Of a DNA stretch of 64,000 bases, positions 16,597 through 27,201 are shown piece by piece; positions within the stretch are counted from its first letter, which is position 1; each line of letters starts with the position of its first letter. The stretch covers positions 857 to 64,856 of the forward strand of contig JAXIXR010000003.1 of assembly GCA_036304905.1 (NCBI GenBank), written 5' to 3'. Below the pieces are notes generated by a model. That model did no database searches. It worked only from the letters and a program-made list of their open reading frames with translations, and had not been told where the DNA came from. This stretch comes from Collinsella sp. (GTDB lineage Bacteria; Actinomycetota; Coriobacteriia; Coriobacteriales; Coriobacteriaceae). The position numbers and the translations under genes were made by a program.

Positions 16597-17277
16597 ATGA
16601 AAGGCGGCAAAAACATGGGCAACAACACAGCAGATACCTCTGTGGTCGATGCCGTCCCCGCATCCGATAGCGCGGCAAAGCGCCTGACGGGCGACGAACG
16701 CCGTCGCGAGATCCTCGCCGCCGTGCGCACCGTAAGCTCCGAGCTGGGCGTGTCCCACCTATCGGTATCGGCCGTAACCAAGCGAGCCGGCTGCACGCGT
16801 TCATTGTTCTACCACTACTTCGCCGATATGGACGCCGCCGTCACCGCTGTTATGGACGAGGCGATCGACGGCTTTATCTCCGAGCTCGAGCAGTGGAACG
16901 CCGACCGCACCGTCGGTGATATCGAGGGCGCGCTCGACACCGTCGCCCCGCTCTTTAAGCGCCTGGTCGCCAGCGGCCACGAGCTGCCGAGCACGCTCAC
17001 CTCGAGCAGCGGCGCGCTCTACGGCGGCTTTTTGCACAACGTGGTCCAGCGCGTGGCGCAGTATATCTGCGACACCACCGTAGTGGACTTTGTCGCCCAT
17101 CATGAGCTACGCATCAACCATGTCTACGAGACGTTCTACACCCTCATCATGGGGTTGTTGATGTATATCCGCACGCACCCCGATGTGCCCGACGAAACGG
17201 TCAAGGAAATCATCGCCTCGACACTCCACATCGAGGGCTATACCGCCAAGTATCCGGAGCGCAAGCCCCAGAACTGA
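16597..17277 (+). CDS. TetR/AcrR-family transcriptional regulator
   Basis: ILAAVRTVSSELGVSHLSVSAVTKRAGCTRSLFYHYFADMD. Start is either 16597 or 16615. Confidence 0.85.
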   Translation: MKGGKNMGNNTADTSVVDAVPASDSAAKRLTGDERRREILAAVRTVSSELGVSHLSVSAVTKRAGCTRSLFYHYFADMDAAVTAVMDEAIDGFISELEQWNADRTVGDIEGALDTVAPLFKRLVASGHELPSTLTSSSGALYGGFLHNVVQRVAQYICDTTVVDFVAHHELRINHVYETFYTLIMGLLMYIRTHPDVPDETVKEIIASTLHIEGYTAKYPERKPQN

Positions 17278-17340
17278 CGACATTTGGCCAAACTGCCCGC
17301 GATCAGAAGAGGGGCCGCGGGCGTGTGAAAGGAGAGCAGC

Positions 17341-18348
17341 ATGCTGTTCGATGTTTGGGGTAGCGATACCCTTATCCACTGGGCCGGCTGGGCCATGGTC
17401 TTTATTGGCCTGATCGTGCTCAACGAAGTCGGCCGCCGCACCAAGCTGGGCGCGGCAATCATCTTTGGCGTGGCTCCGCTGGCCATGACCATCTACTGCG
17501 TCGCCATCGCCATCGGCGTCTCACAGGGTGCCGAGTGGGCGCTCACCAACCCCACCCATGTGTACCAGAACAGCTGGTTCCACTACGCCAAGGTATACGC
17601 GGCGCTCGCCGGTTGCTGGGGCTTCATTGCCATTAAGTACCAGTGGGGAAAGATCGGCAAGGCGCATTGGTTCCGCGCGTGGCCGTTTGTGATCGTCGCC
17701 ATCAACATCATGATCGCCGTCGTGTCCGACTTCGAGAGCGCCTATCACTTCTTTGTCCTGGGCCAGTCCACTTGGGTCACCTCCGAGGGCGCCACGCAGC
17801 TGGCCGGCTGGAACAACGTGTTCAACGGCATCGCCGGTATCATCAACATCTTCTGCATGACCGGTTGGTGGAGCGTCTACGCCTCCGAGGATCAGACCGA
17901 CATGCTGTGGCCCGATATGACCTGGGTCTACATCATCGCCTACGATATCTGGAACTTCTGCTACACCTACAACTGCCTGCCCACCCACTCCTGGTTCTGC
18001 GGCTTTGCGCTGCTGCTGGCGCCCACCGTCGCCGCCTTTATCTGGAACAAGGGCGGCTGGATCCAGAACCGCGCCTTTACGCTTGCTATTTGGTGCATGT
18101 TTGCCCAGGTGTTCCCGTACTTCCAGGAGGAGTCCATCTTTGTGACCCACTCCACGCTCGACCCCGGCGCCGCTACCGCGATCTCGATCGCCGCACTGGT
18201 CGCCAACGTCGCCGCGATCATCTACATCGCCTACCGCGCCAAGAAGCTCGGCCGCAATCCCTACAAGCAGGATGTCTTTGAGGGCACCAGCGATTGGGAG
18301 AAGGCTACCGCTCGCCGCGCCAAGGTTGATTACGCACACGCCGAGTAA
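17341..18348 (+). CDS. Polytopic integral membrane protein, function unknown
   Basis: About 9 hydrophobic, Trp/Phe-rich segments. GAAAGGAG RBS. Lies downstream of the TetR gene. Confidence 0.7.
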   Translation: MLFDVWGSDTLIHWAGWAMVFIGLIVLNEVGRRTKLGAAIIFGVAPLAMTIYCVAIAIGVSQGAEWALTNPTHVYQNSWFHYAKVYAALAGCWGFIAIKYQWGKIGKAHWFRAWPFVIVAINIMIAVVSDFESAYHFFVLGQSTWVTSEGATQLAGWNNVFNGIAGIINIFCMTGWWSVYASEDQTDMLWPDMTWVYIIAYDIWNFCYTYNCLPTHSWFCGFALLLAPTVAAFIWNKGGWIQNRAFTLAIWCMFAQVFPYFQEESIFVTHSTLDPGAATAISIAALVANVAAIIYIAYRAKKLGRNPYKQDVFEGTSDWEKATARRAKVDYAHAE

Positions 18349-18584
18349 CATGTTGGTCGCTGTTGGCGCCTGGGCATAGGCCCGCCCGCCAGGTTTTTCA
18401 TCCAATGCCTCGCAGAGCCCCCGGAAAGCGTTTCGCTCGCTTTTCGGGGGCTTTTGTCGTTGCGTCTCTATTCATCTATTCAAAAACATGCGCATATATA
18501 AAATCGGATTTCAAATCATGAGGCGGCTCTATAGGGTCCTGTTTTTGGGTACAGTGTTGTCCCGATATTGAGCTTGGGGGATAT

Positions 18585-20081
18585 ATGAAAGATGAGACGA
18601 CGGGCCAAGAGGACGCGGTCCAAGATGCAGAAGCGTGTGCCGAGGCCCTGGAGAGCCTAGACCGGATTTCGCTTGACGATGTTGCGTTTGACGATTCGAG
18701 CGTTGATGTGCAGGATGAGCCGGAAATCGAGGCGCAGCCCGATGATCAGGATACAGGCGACGTTGAGCCTGCCGAGGATGAGGCAGATCACGAAGACACC
18801 GAAAGCGAGGCCGACGACCAGCCCGGATCCGACACGAGCGAGGAAACCATCTTGCTCGACAACTTGCCGGCCGAAGATTCGCTGACCCGCGAGCTCCCTG
18901 GCTTAGGCTCTGCGCCTGCCGTGGACGAGACCATCGCCATGGGCGATATTCCCCTACCGTCCGTTCCTTCGGCACGCGAAGCCGAGGTTCGTCACCGTAA
19001 GATGTCGCCCAAGCGCCGCAACCTGATGGTGGCAGGCGTCGTAGCCGTCGCGCTTGTCGCCGGCGGCGCAGGCTATGCCGCTTGGAATGGATACCGGCAA
19101 GAGCAGGCCGCCGTGGTTGCCGCAAACGCCCATACCATGATGTCGGTGCAAATTGGCGTACATGCCGCGGGGCTCGACTGCTCAACTGGCTCCAAGATTC
19201 CCGTGCAGGTGAGCGGTCAGGATTCCGACGGTTCTTCCGTGAGCGAAACGCTCTACGTTGACGAGCACGGTCGCGGCATTAAGCTGCTGCCCGGCGATTA
19301 CACGTTCTCCATCGCCGCCTCCCCCATCGCGGCCGACGGCACCATCTACACCGTCCCGACCACCAAGGCCCAGGTTACAGTCAAGAATGACGGGCAGGAT
19401 CTGCGCGCTCAAGCCACCTTTAAGCTTAAGGTGCCCTCAGCCGACACGGTGACCGACGACCAGATCGATGCCGCCGCCAAGTACGCCGAGGAGGGCGGTG
19501 CGAGCTCCGCCGCGGCTGCCAAAGTGCTCCAGCAGGCAGCAACCGCGCGGCGCGACGCCGCCGTCAATGCCGTGAGCGCGCAAAAGGCACAGGCGTCCCG
19601 TGATGCTGACGCTCGCCACAAGGCAACCGACCTCTACCAGCTCGATATTCCCGTCGAGTGGTACGGCAAGGTCGCAACTTGGCAAAACGGAAGCACGCTA
19701 TGCATCTATCTGTGCGACGACGCCAATACGCCGCTCGTGACGCTCGTCGCGGTGCGCGAGGGCGAGAGCTTTACGCCCGATGAAGGCGATACGGTTTTGG
19801 GTGCGGCCAATCTAGGCAACGGTTATACCGTCTACGCCAGCGGCCCCGTCTATCCGTACGTGGTGCCCCAGACCATCAACGGACGGACGCAGAACCCCGT
19901 GTCAACCTACCCCATGGACACGGCCATTGAGCTTGTCGAGCTTACGACCGGCAACCGCTATACGTATAGCCAGATCAAGAACGTGTTGGTCGGCAAAGAC
20001 GGCAAGGCAGACACCGCGACCAAACTCGAGACCGACTACCTCGCCCAGATTCTCCTGCCGAGCATCAAAGCCCAGGACTAG
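18585..20081 (+). CDS. Single-pass membrane protein with highly acidic N-terminal region, function unknown
   Basis: Asp/Glu-rich first 100 aa, TM helix LMVAGVVAVALVAGGAGYAAW, about 330-aa extracytoplasmic part. Confidence 0.6.
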   Translation: MKDETTGQEDAVQDAEACAEALESLDRISLDDVAFDDSSVDVQDEPEIEAQPDDQDTGDVEPAEDEADHEDTESEADDQPGSDTSEETILLDNLPAEDSLTRELPGLGSAPAVDETIAMGDIPLPSVPSAREAEVRHRKMSPKRRNLMVAGVVAVALVAGGAGYAAWNGYRQEQAAVVAANAHTMMSVQIGVHAAGLDCSTGSKIPVQVSGQDSDGSSVSETLYVDEHGRGIKLLPGDYTFSIAASPIAADGTIYTVPTTKAQVTVKNDGQDLRAQATFKLKVPSADTVTDDQIDAAAKYAEEGGASSAAAAKVLQQAATARRDAAVNAVSAQKAQASRDADARHKATDLYQLDIPVEWYGKVATWQNGSTLCIYLCDDANTPLVTLVAVREGESFTPDEGDTVLGAANLGNGYTVYASGPVYPYVVPQTINGRTQNPVSTYPMDTAIELVELTTGNRYTYSQIKNVLVGKDGKADTATKLETDYLAQILLPSIKAQD

Positions 20082-20107
20082 CCGGCCCGAAGACAGCCGC
20101 CCAACGC

Positions 20108-20180
20108 AGTTGCGGTGAAATAGGGATTGTTTTTGCTGGTCAAACCGCAAAACAGTCCCTATTTCACCGCAACTTATTGG
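20108..20180. repeat. Inverted-repeat element AGTTGCGGTGAAATAG...CTATTTCACCGCAACT (second copy 55931-55997), acting as a convergent-gene terminator
   Basis: 19-bp perfect arms. The flank CAGTTGCGGTGAAATAG ... CACCGCAACTTATTGG is shared with the copy after mgtA. Confidence 0.7.
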
Positions 20181-20186
20181 TGGCAC

Positions 20187-20387
20187 TTAGCGCCACGGAT
20201 CGGCTTCGAACATCGGCTCACGCTCGGGGCGTCGGTCGCTGTAGGGGTCGTAACCGTCATCGTCCTCGTTCTCGGCACGAATGTAGGGGTCGCACGGCTT
20301 GGGCGCCGGTTTCGGTGCGGGCTTTGGTGCGGCGGACGCGGCGTTAGTCGCCGGCGTGTTCGTCTTGATCTCGACGTTCATCTGCAT
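20187..20387 (-). CDS. Small hypothetical protein with PAPK repeats and acidic tail
   Basis: AAGGAG 4 nt before ATG 20387. KPAPKPAPKPAPKP followed by an Asp/Glu/Pro-rich C-terminus. Lies downstream of clpB. Confidence 0.4.
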   Translation of the reverse strand: MQMNVEIKTNTPATNAASAAPKPAPKPAPKPCDPYIRAENEDDDGYDPYSDRRPEREPMFEADPWR

Positions 20388-20511
20388 ATCTCCTTGCCAT
20401 GTACTCATGCTCAGCATCATCGATTGTCGCACGAAAAAGGGCGGCGGACCCGATTGGATCCGCCGCCCTTGGCGTTTTGCGATGAGGTGCGGTTAAAGCC
20501 GGCCCCATAAT

Positions 20512-23139
20512 TTACTCTGCGTCGGGAACCTCGTAGGTGGCCGCCGGCGTGTTATCGCACACGACGGTAAAGCCGCCGTCCTTATCGACATCGACCGTCA
20601 CCTGATCGCCCTCGCGCACCATGCCGTCGATGATGGCGGCGGCGATGGCATCGACAACCTCACGCTGCACCAGACGCTTGAGCGGACGGGCACCAAAGAC
20701 CGGATCCAGGCCGCCCACGGCGAGCATCTGCTTGGCCGCCGGGGTGATGGCAAGCGTCATGCGTTCCTTGGCCAGACGTGCACGGACGTCGGCGAGCTGA
20801 ATATCGACGATCTTCTCGATCTGCGCCATGCCAAGCGGATGGAACACCACGATATCGTCGATACGGTTGAGGAACTCGGGGCGGAAGGTCTGAGCCATGG
20901 CCGCGTCGACCTGATGGCGCATCTCCTCCTCGTCCTTGCCGGAAAGCTCAGCAATAGCCTTGGAGCCCACGTTGCTCGTCATGATGATGATCGTGTTCTT
21001 GAAGGACACCTGGCGACCCTGACCGTCGGTCAGGCGGCCGTCGTCGAGCACCTGCAGCAGCACGTTGAAGACATCCGGATGGGCCTTCTCCATCTCGTCG
21101 AGCAAGATCACGGAGTACGGACGACGGCGAACGGCCTCAGTGAGCTGGCCGCCCTCGTCGTAGCCCACGTATCCCGGGGGCGCACCGATCAGACGCTGGA
21201 CGCTGAATTTCTCCATGTACTCGGACATGTCGATACGCACGAGCGCGCGCTCGTCGTCGAACAGGCACTCGGCCAGCGCCTTGGCGAGCTCGGTCTTGCC
21301 CACGCCGGTGGGGCCCAGGAAGAAGAAGCTGCCGATGGGCTTGTCTGGATCGGAGAGACCCGCACGGCTGCGGCGCACGGCCGCGGCGACGGCGGAGACG
21401 GCCTCGTCCTGGCCGATGACGCGCTTATGCAGCTCGCCCTCCAAGCCCTTCAGCTTGTCGAGCTCGCCCTGCATCATCTTGGAGACGGGCACGCCGGTCC
21501 AGGCGCTCACGACCTCGGCGATCTCATCGGAGGTCACCTGTTCGTTGAGGCCCTCGCCGTCCTGCTGCTTTTGTGCCTCGAGCGCGGCCTCGGAATCCTG
21601 AATCTGCTGCTGCAGGCCCGGAATCACGGAGTAGCGCAGCTCGGACGCACGGCCCAGGTCGCCGTTGCGCGTCGCACGCTCCTCCTCGCTCTTGGCCTCG
21701 TCGAGCTGCCCCTTGAGCTCCTGCACGTGGTCGATGGCGTTCTTTTGGTTGAGCCAGCCGGCCTTTTGCACATTGAGCTTTTCCTGGACCTCGGCAATCT
21801 CTTGGCGCAGGGCCTCCAGACGCTCCTTGGAGGCGTCGTCGGTCTCCTTCATGAGCGCCTGCTCCTCGATCTGCAGCTGGGTGAGCTGACGCGTGGTGGC
21901 ATCGATCTCGACCGGCATGCTGTCGAGCTCCATGCGCAGGCGGCTTGCCGCCTCATCGACCAGGTCGATGGCCTTGTCGGGCAGGAAGCGGTCGGCGATG
22001 TAGCGATCGGAGAGGTCGGCAGCTGCCACGAGCGCGCTATCGGTGATATGCACGCCGTGGAAGATCTCGTACTTCTCCTTCAGGCCACGCAGGATCGAGA
22101 TGGTGTCCTCGACGGTAGGCTCGCTGACCATCACGGTCTGGAAACGACGGGCGAGCGCCGCGTCCTTCTCGATGTACTTGCGGTATTCGTCGAGCGTGGT
22201 CGCGCCGATCGCGTGCAGGTCGCCACGGGCGAGCGCCGGTTTGAGGATGTTGCCGGCATCCATGGAGCCCTCGGTGGCACCCGCGCCCACGATGGTATGG
22301 AGCTCATCGATGAACAGGATGACCTTGCCTTCGGACTTTTGGACTTCCTTGAGTACAGCCTTCAAGCGGTCCTCGAACTCGCCGCGGTACTTGGCGCCGG
22401 CGACCAGCGCGCTCATGTCGAGCTCGATGAGGTCGCGGTCGCGCAGGGTGCTCGGCACGTCGCCGGCCACGATACGCTGAGCGATGCCCTCGACGATGGC
22501 CGTCTTGCCGACGCCCGGCTCACCGATAAGCACGGGGTTATTCTTGGTGCGGCGGGACAGGACCTGAATGGTACGGCGGATCTCGTCGGTACGGCCGATG
22601 ACCGGGTCGAGCTTGCCGGCGCGGGCAAGGTCGCAGATATTGCGACCGTACTGCTCCAGCGCCTCAAACTGGGTCTTGTCCTCGGCAGACGTCACGCGGT
22701 CATCGCCGCGCAGCTCCTCGTAGACCTGCTCGATGCGCTCCTTGGTCACGCCGGCGTCGCGCAGTACACGACCGGCCTCGCCCTTGTCCTCGGCAAGCGC
22801 CATCAGCAAATGCTCGGTCACCACAAAGCTGTCGCCCATCTTGGTGGCCTTCTTCTCGGCCTTCTCGATAACGCGGACGAGCTCGTTGGAAAGACCCATC
22901 TGCTGACCCTCGCCGGAAACCTTGGGCGCGTGGTCAATGGCATCCTGCGTGGAGTGTGCAAGCTGAGCCGGGTCGGCACCGATGCGCTCGATGATCACGG
23001 AGATATTGCGCTCGCCGGCACCGAGCAGGGCGGACAGCAGGTGAATCGGCTCCACCGCGCCGGCCTGCGCGTCGGCAGCCGTGCTCATGGCGGTCTGCAG
23101 CGCCTCGCGCGAAGTCATTGCTAGCTTATCGATTCTCAT
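20512..23139 (-). CDS. clpB: ATP-dependent chaperone / disaggregase ClpB
   Basis: Two AAA+ modules ([16 protein letters not shown]), long coiled-coil middle domain, 875 aa. Confidence 0.95.
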   Translation of the reverse strand: MRIDKLAMTSREALQTAMSTAADAQAGAVEPIHLLSALLGAGERNISVIIERIGADPAQLAHSTQDAIDHAPKVSGEGQQMGLSNELVRVIEKAEKKATKMGDSFVVTEHLLMALAEDKGEAGRVLRDAGVTKERIEQVYEELRGDDRVTSAEDKTQFEALEQYGRNICDLARAGKLDPVIGRTDEIRRTIQVLSRRTKNNPVLIGEPGVGKTAIVEGIAQRIVAGDVPSTLRDRDLIELDMSALVAGAKYRGEFEDRLKAVLKEVQKSEGKVILFIDELHTIVGAGATEGSMDAGNILKPALARGDLHAIGATTLDEYRKYIEKDAALARRFQTVMVSEPTVEDTISILRGLKEKYEIFHGVHITDSALVAAADLSDRYIADRFLPDKAIDLVDEAASRLRMELDSMPVEIDATTRQLTQLQIEEQALMKETDDASKERLEALRQEIAEVQEKLNVQKAGWLNQKNAIDHVQELKGQLDEAKSEEERATRNGDLGRASELRYSVIPGLQQQIQDSEAALEAQKQQDGEGLNEQVTSDEIAEVVSAWTGVPVSKMMQGELDKLKGLEGELHKRVIGQDEAVSAVAAAVRRSRAGLSDPDKPIGSFFFLGPTGVGKTELAKALAECLFDDERALVRIDMSEYMEKFSVQRLIGAPPGYVGYDEGGQLTEAVRRRPYSVILLDEMEKAHPDVFNVLLQVLDDGRLTDGQGRQVSFKNTIIIMTSNVGSKAIAELSGKDEEEMRHQVDAAMAQTFRPEFLNRIDDIVVFHPLGMAQIEKIVDIQLADVRARLAKERMTLAITPAAKQMLAVGGLDPVFGARPLKRLVQREVVDAIAAAIIDGMVREGDQVTVDVDKDGGFTVVCDNTPAATYEVPDAE

Positions 23140-23228
23140 GGAATCACCTCTCTTGGGGTGGCCGCCCTACGGGGCGGCTTCACGTTGTTCGAGAAGTATT
23201 GTTGCCAGCTTTGTACAATCTTATACAC

Positions 23229-23255
23229 AAATCTAAGTCTCTATATATAAGATTT
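23229..23255. promoter_or_regulatory. Inverted repeat AAATCTAA-N11-TAAGATTT upstream of clpB, shared with the dnaK promoter (candidate HspR operator)
   Basis: TATACA(C)AAATCTAAGTC-N7-ATAAGATTT occurs upstream of both clpB and dnaK, and nowhere else that I saw in the window. Confidence 0.5.
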
Positions 23256-23318
23256 TCTGAGTGATTGATGGATAGGGTACTGAGATGTCAGCCCGCCGCT
23301 GCCCAGGCGCACTACCAT

Positions 23319-23515
23319 CTCGATCTGTAACATCTAGCAGCCATTTTTGATCCTAGATGTTACAGATCGAGAGAAAATGACCAGTGGCAACCGTTTGTCT
23401 CAATCTGTAACATCTACTCGGCAAATAGAGCTCTATCTGTTACAAATCGAGACAAACCGAGAACCACCACAAAGGGGACAGGCACCTTTGTGGTGGTTTT
23501 CGACGCTAACGGTCG
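23319..23515 (+). repeat. 195-bp repeat unit R1 (four copies of a 16-nt GTCTCGATCTGTAACA-like motif plus a CCACCACAAAGGGGACAGG hairpin)
   Basis: 20-bp perfect palindrome arms TCTCGATCTGTAACATCTAG / CTAGATGTTACAGATCGAGA, a second imperfect pair, and a terminal hairpin. Direct repeat of 24388-24582. Confidence 0.75.
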
Positions 23516-23607
23516 ACCATCTCGCGCCATGAGATTAAACTTGAATTGTTCTCTGAACATATCCATTTCTGCCTATCCTCAACAGATCTTTGTCTCTAGG
23601 AGCGCAT

Positions 23608-24276
23608 ATGAAGCCGCCTCATTCCACCGGTCGCAACGTCATCGCCATTCTCGCCATACCCATCGTGATGCTCTTCCTTATCGTCATCACGCCCTTTTCT
23701 TTTGGTATCGCCTCGCCCTTCGATCTTTGCGGGATGATCGACGCCGGCTCGCGTGCCACCTCGCTCTCCTTTGTCTGCCGTGGCGTGTTCTACGAATATG
23801 CAATTCCCACCGGACTTTGGCAGTCCAAGTTACCGTTGCTCGGTCAGATCGACGGATGCTCCCCCTATTTCTGCCTTGGACCTCAGGCGCTAAACTATCT
23901 AATCGACGACCAGCCACTCGACTCCATCGGCCTTGCCTACGACTACGCACCAAACACCGATGAGCGCCACATGAACCAAGTCCTCGACAAGATGCTTGGA
24001 CAGTGCGGGCTCACCGAGGAGGCCGGTCGAACCATCTATAGCAACCAGAAATTAAAGCGAACAGAACTCCGCCGTGTCGGAAAAATCAAAGGGCGAAACA
24101 GGGCCGCCTACTGGGATGCCTGGGCAACACGCGACAAGGGCGAATTCGGACACAGCACCTATATGGTCACCGTCTACACCAAAGACGGAATTAAGGACAA
24201 TGTTGACGATTTCGCGTCATCCAAACTCGGCATCCCCAAAACAACCAAACCCGCCAGCCCAGATGAAATTCTGTAG
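23608..24276 (+). CDS. Hypothetical membrane-anchored protein in a low-GC islet
   Basis: AGGAG 5 nt before ATG 23608. N-terminal TM IAILAIPIVMLFLIVITPFSF. No motif recognised. Confidence 0.55.
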   Translation: MKPPHSTGRNVIAILAIPIVMLFLIVITPFSFGIASPFDLCGMIDAGSRATSLSFVCRGVFYEYAIPTGLWQSKLPLLGQIDGCSPYFCLGPQALNYLIDDQPLDSIGLAYDYAPNTDERHMNQVLDKMLGQCGLTEEAGRTIYSNQKLKRTELRRVGKIKGRNRAAYWDAWATRDKGEFGHSTYMVTVYTKDGIKDNVDDFASSKLGIPKTTKPASPDEIL

Positions 24277-24387
24277 AGACGCTCATTAGAATGTCGTTCA
24301 ACGAGCACGGCAACATCGAGCTCGCCCCCCACCACCACGAAAGGGACAGGCCCCTTTGTGGTGGTTTTCGACTCTGGCGCTCAACTG

Positions 24388-24582
24388 TCTCGATCTGTAA
24401 CACCTAGCTGCCGTTTTGGACCTCAGATGTTACAGATCGAGACGAAATGTTCAGCAGTTTCCGTTTATCTAAATCTGTAACAACTACTCGGCAAATAAGG
24501 GTCTACCTGTTACAGAACAAGACAAACCGCGGACCACCACAAAGATGTCTGCCCCCTTTGTGGCGGTTCTCGACAAAAAGAA
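24388..24582 (+). repeat. 195-bp repeat unit R2 (direct copy of 23319-23515)
   Basis: Same module order as R1, roughly 75-80% identity by eye. An extra copy of the terminal hairpin lies at about 24325-24375. Confidence 0.75.
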
Positions 24583-24662
24583 GCCGCCCCATTAACAGAG
24601 GCGGCATCAAACAAGTCTATTTATTAGCGTCCCTCAAGACCCAACGAGAACGCAGAAATGTA

Positions 24663-24736
24663 GCCCGGGGCTTACCCTTTCCCGAACGCGACCCTCGCGA
24701 AGCGCGTGAGCGGGCGGGAAAGGATAAGCCCCGGGC
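24663..24736 (-). terminator. Long hairpin 3' of the aconitase gene
   Basis: GCCCGGGGCTTACCCTTTCCCG pairs with CGGGAAAGGATAAGCCCCGGGC (22 positions, 1 mismatch). Confidence 0.5.
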
Positions 24737-24751
24737 GGACAATTAAGTGCG

Positions 24752-27052
24752 TTACTCGGCAGCGGCCTTGAACTTGTTGTAGTTGATCAGGCAGCCGGCC
24801 TTGACGATGGCACGCTCCTCTGCCGTCATATCGGCAATGTAGAGCTCAATCTGCTCAACCGCACCGTCGGCGCGCACCACGTAGGCGGCGATGTCCTTTA
24901 GGTCGCCATCGAGCGCGGCACGGATACCCGGCACAAAGACGTAGTCTCCCACCTCAAAGTTGGGCTCGGCCTCCATCTGGAAGGGCACCATGCCCCAGTT
25001 CATCACGTTGGAGCGATAACGCTTGGTGGCGTACTCGTGGACGATGTTGGCCAGGCCGCCAATTACGCGCTGGCAGCTCGCGGCCTGCTCGCGGGCAGAA
25101 CCGTCACCGGGCTTCTTGGCATAGAGCATGGAGCCGTACTCAGTCGTTTTGGCATCGGCAGCGACACCCGCGCCGGCCAGCGCCTCAAACACACCAGCAA
25201 GCTCGGCATCGAGCGCGGCCAAGTCGCCCGCGGACTCACCAGCCACGCGGCGCTTCTCCACGGCGTCGACCTCCTTGGAACGGCCCACGTAAGCCGGGTC
25301 ACGGCGGCTGAGCGTAAACTCGGCCAGGCCCAGCGGGTTGGAGCGGAAGGAGCTCGTCTCGCCCGAAGGAATGAGCTCGTCAGTCGTGGTGACCGGGTCC
25401 ATGATCTTGGAGCACACCTTGAGCAGGATGTCGTCGCCGAGGGGCTCCATCGCGGGCCACGGCTTGATGTTGGGGCCTTCGACCAGCTCGTCGGCAGGCT
25501 CCGCCTTGCCAAAGCCCCAGTACACGCGCTTCTTGTAAGGAGCGTCGTCAAAGGTGTACTCGCAGGCCTCGTCCCAAGTCTCCTCGGGCAGGTCGGTCGC
25601 CGGCGTCAGGACGCCGCCGTTGGCAGCCGTCGCCGCAATGGAGCGGGCGTCCATCAGGGCCACGGCACTCAGCTGGCCATTACCCGGCTTGGAACCCTCG
25701 CGGTTGGGGAAATTGCGCGTGGTGTGGCGGATGGATAGGCCGTTGTTGGCAGGCGTGTCGCCGGCGCCAAAGCACGGGCCGCAGAACGCCGTGCGCACGA
25801 TCGCGCCGGCCTCCATGAGGTCGTAGATATAGCCACGGCGCGTAAGTTCGAGCGCCACGGGCTGGCTCGTGGGATAGACCGACAGCGAGAACTCGCCGCA
25901 GCCGGTGTTGGCGCCCTTGAGCACGCGGGCAGCCTGAACCACGGAGTCGTAGTTGCCGCCCGAGCAGCCGGCGATAACGCCCTGCTGCACGCGCAGTTTG
26001 CCGTCGACAATCTTGTCGAGCAGGCTAAAGTGCGTCTTGCCCTCGCCGATCTTGGCGGCCTCGAGCTCGACCTCATGCAGGATGTCCTCGAGGTTCTCGT
26101 TGAGCTCGTCGATCTCAAAGCCGTTGGAAGGATGGAACGGCAGCGCGATCATGGGCTTGATGCTCGACAGGTCGACCTCGACGCAGCCGTCATAGTAGGC
26201 GACATCGGCGGGCTTGAGCTCGCGGTAGTCGTCGCCGCGGCCGTGCATGGTCAAAAACGCGTGTGTGTCCTCGTCGGTGGCCCAGATGCTCGACAGGCAG
26301 GTGGTCTCGGTGGTCATGACATCGACGCCGTTGCGGTAATCGGTCGTCATGCTCGCGATGCCCGGGCCCACAAACTCCATGACCTTGTTCTTGACGTAGC
26401 CCTTGGCAAAGACGGCGCGGATGATGGCGAGCGCCACATCGTGCGGGCCGACGCCGGGGCGCGGGGCGCCCGTGAGGTAAATGGCGACGACACCGGGATA
26501 GGCAACGTCGTAGGTGTCACGCAGCAGCTGCTTTGCCAGCTCGCCGCCGCCCTCGCCCACGGCCATGGTGCCCAGGGCGCCGTAGCGGGTGTGCGAGTCG
26601 GAGCCCAGGATCATCTTGCCGCAGCCGGCGAAGTTCTCACGCATAAAGGAGTGGATGACGGCAATGTGCGGCGGAACGAAGATGCCGCCGTACTTCTTGG
26701 CCGCGGAAAGGCCAAAGACGTGGTCGTCCTCGTTGATGGTGCCGCCCACGGCGCACAGCGAGTTGTGGCAGTTGGTGAGCACGTAGGGCAGCGGGAACTG
26801 CTCCATGCCCGAGGCGCGCGCCGTCTGGATGATGCCGACGAAGGTGATGTCGTGGCTCGCCATGGCATCGAAGCGAATCTTGAGCGCCTCGGGATCTCCG
26901 GACGTATTGTGTGCCCGGAGGATCGAATACGCGATGGTGCCGCGCTTGGCATCCTCAGGCGTCTGCGTAATACCGCGCTCGGCAGCCTCGGCCGCAGGCA
27001 CAACCTCGCTGCCACCGCGCAGGTAGATGCCGTCCTCGTACAGCTTGACCAT
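24752..27052 (-). CDS. Aconitate hydratase family protein
   Basis: [12 protein letters not shown]..., [35 protein letters not shown] (Fe-S ligand Cys). ATG 27052 with GGGAGA RBS is preferred over the listed 27286. Confidence 0.85.
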   Translation of the reverse strand: MVKLYEDGIYLRGGSEVVPAAEAAERGITQTPEDAKRGTIAYSILRAHNTSGDPEALKIRFDAMASHDITFVGIIQTARASGMEQFPLPYVLTNCHNSLCAVGGTINEDDHVFGLSAAKKYGGIFVPPHIAVIHSFMRENFAGCGKMILGSDSHTRYGALGTMAVGEGGGELAKQLLRDTYDVAYPGVVAIYLTGAPRPGVGPHDVALAIIRAVFAKGYVKNKVMEFVGPGIASMTTDYRNGVDVMTTETTCLSSIWATDEDTHAFLTMHGRGDDYRELKPADVAYYDGCVEVDLSSIKPMIALPFHPSNGFEIDELNENLEDILHEVELEAAKIGEGKTHFSLLDKIVDGKLRVQQGVIAGCSGGNYDSVVQAARVLKGANTGCGEFSLSVYPTSQPVALELTRRGYIYDLMEAGAIVRTAFCGPCFGAGDTPANNGLSIRHTTRNFPNREGSKPGNGQLSAVALMDARSIAATAANGGVLTPATDLPEETWDEACEYTFDDAPYKKRVYWGFGKAEPADELVEGPNIKPWPAMEPLGDDILLKVCSKIMDPVTTTDELIPSGETSSFRSNPLGLAEFTLSRRDPAYVGRSKEVDAVEKRRVAGESAGDLAALDAELAGVFEALAGAGVAADAKTTEYGSMLYAKKPGDGSAREQAASCQRVIGGLANIVHEYATKRYRSNVMNWGMVPFQMEAEPNFEVGDYVFVPGIRAALDGDLKDIAAYVVRADGAVEQIELYIADMTAEERAIVKAGCLINYNKFKAAAE

Positions 27053-27201
27053 ACTGTCTCCCACTCTGCCCAAAAGATTTGGGCGCATAGCATATATTCG
27101 TTCAATATCGTGCCATAGAACGGTTGCGAGTGGGTTACGAATCTGCGCATTCACTTTATCTCGGTAAAGTAAAGGACGAGCCCAGTGTGAGCCGGCAAAA
27201 T

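Noticed and set aside
13544-16600. 1018-aa plus-strand ORF covering the whole oxidoreductase locus
   Set aside because: It is exactly antisense to a gene with clear FAD/NAD(P)H and 4Fe-4S motifs. Its translation is Ala/Gly/Leu/Val/Arg-rich without any motif. This is a typical shadow ORF of high-GC DNA.
20839-23124. 761-aa plus-strand ORF opposite clpB
   Set aside because: It is antisense to an unambiguous ClpB. Composition is low-complexity Leu/Gly/Ala/Val/Asp, with no RBS or motif.
23319-24582. CRISPR array, or small protein genes (ORFs 23347-23532 and 24447-24746), as an explanation for the repeats
   Set aside because: There are only two long units with internal palindromes, not short regularly spaced repeats, and no cas genes. 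The ORFs run through hairpin stems, and differences between the copies are not biased to synonymous positions.
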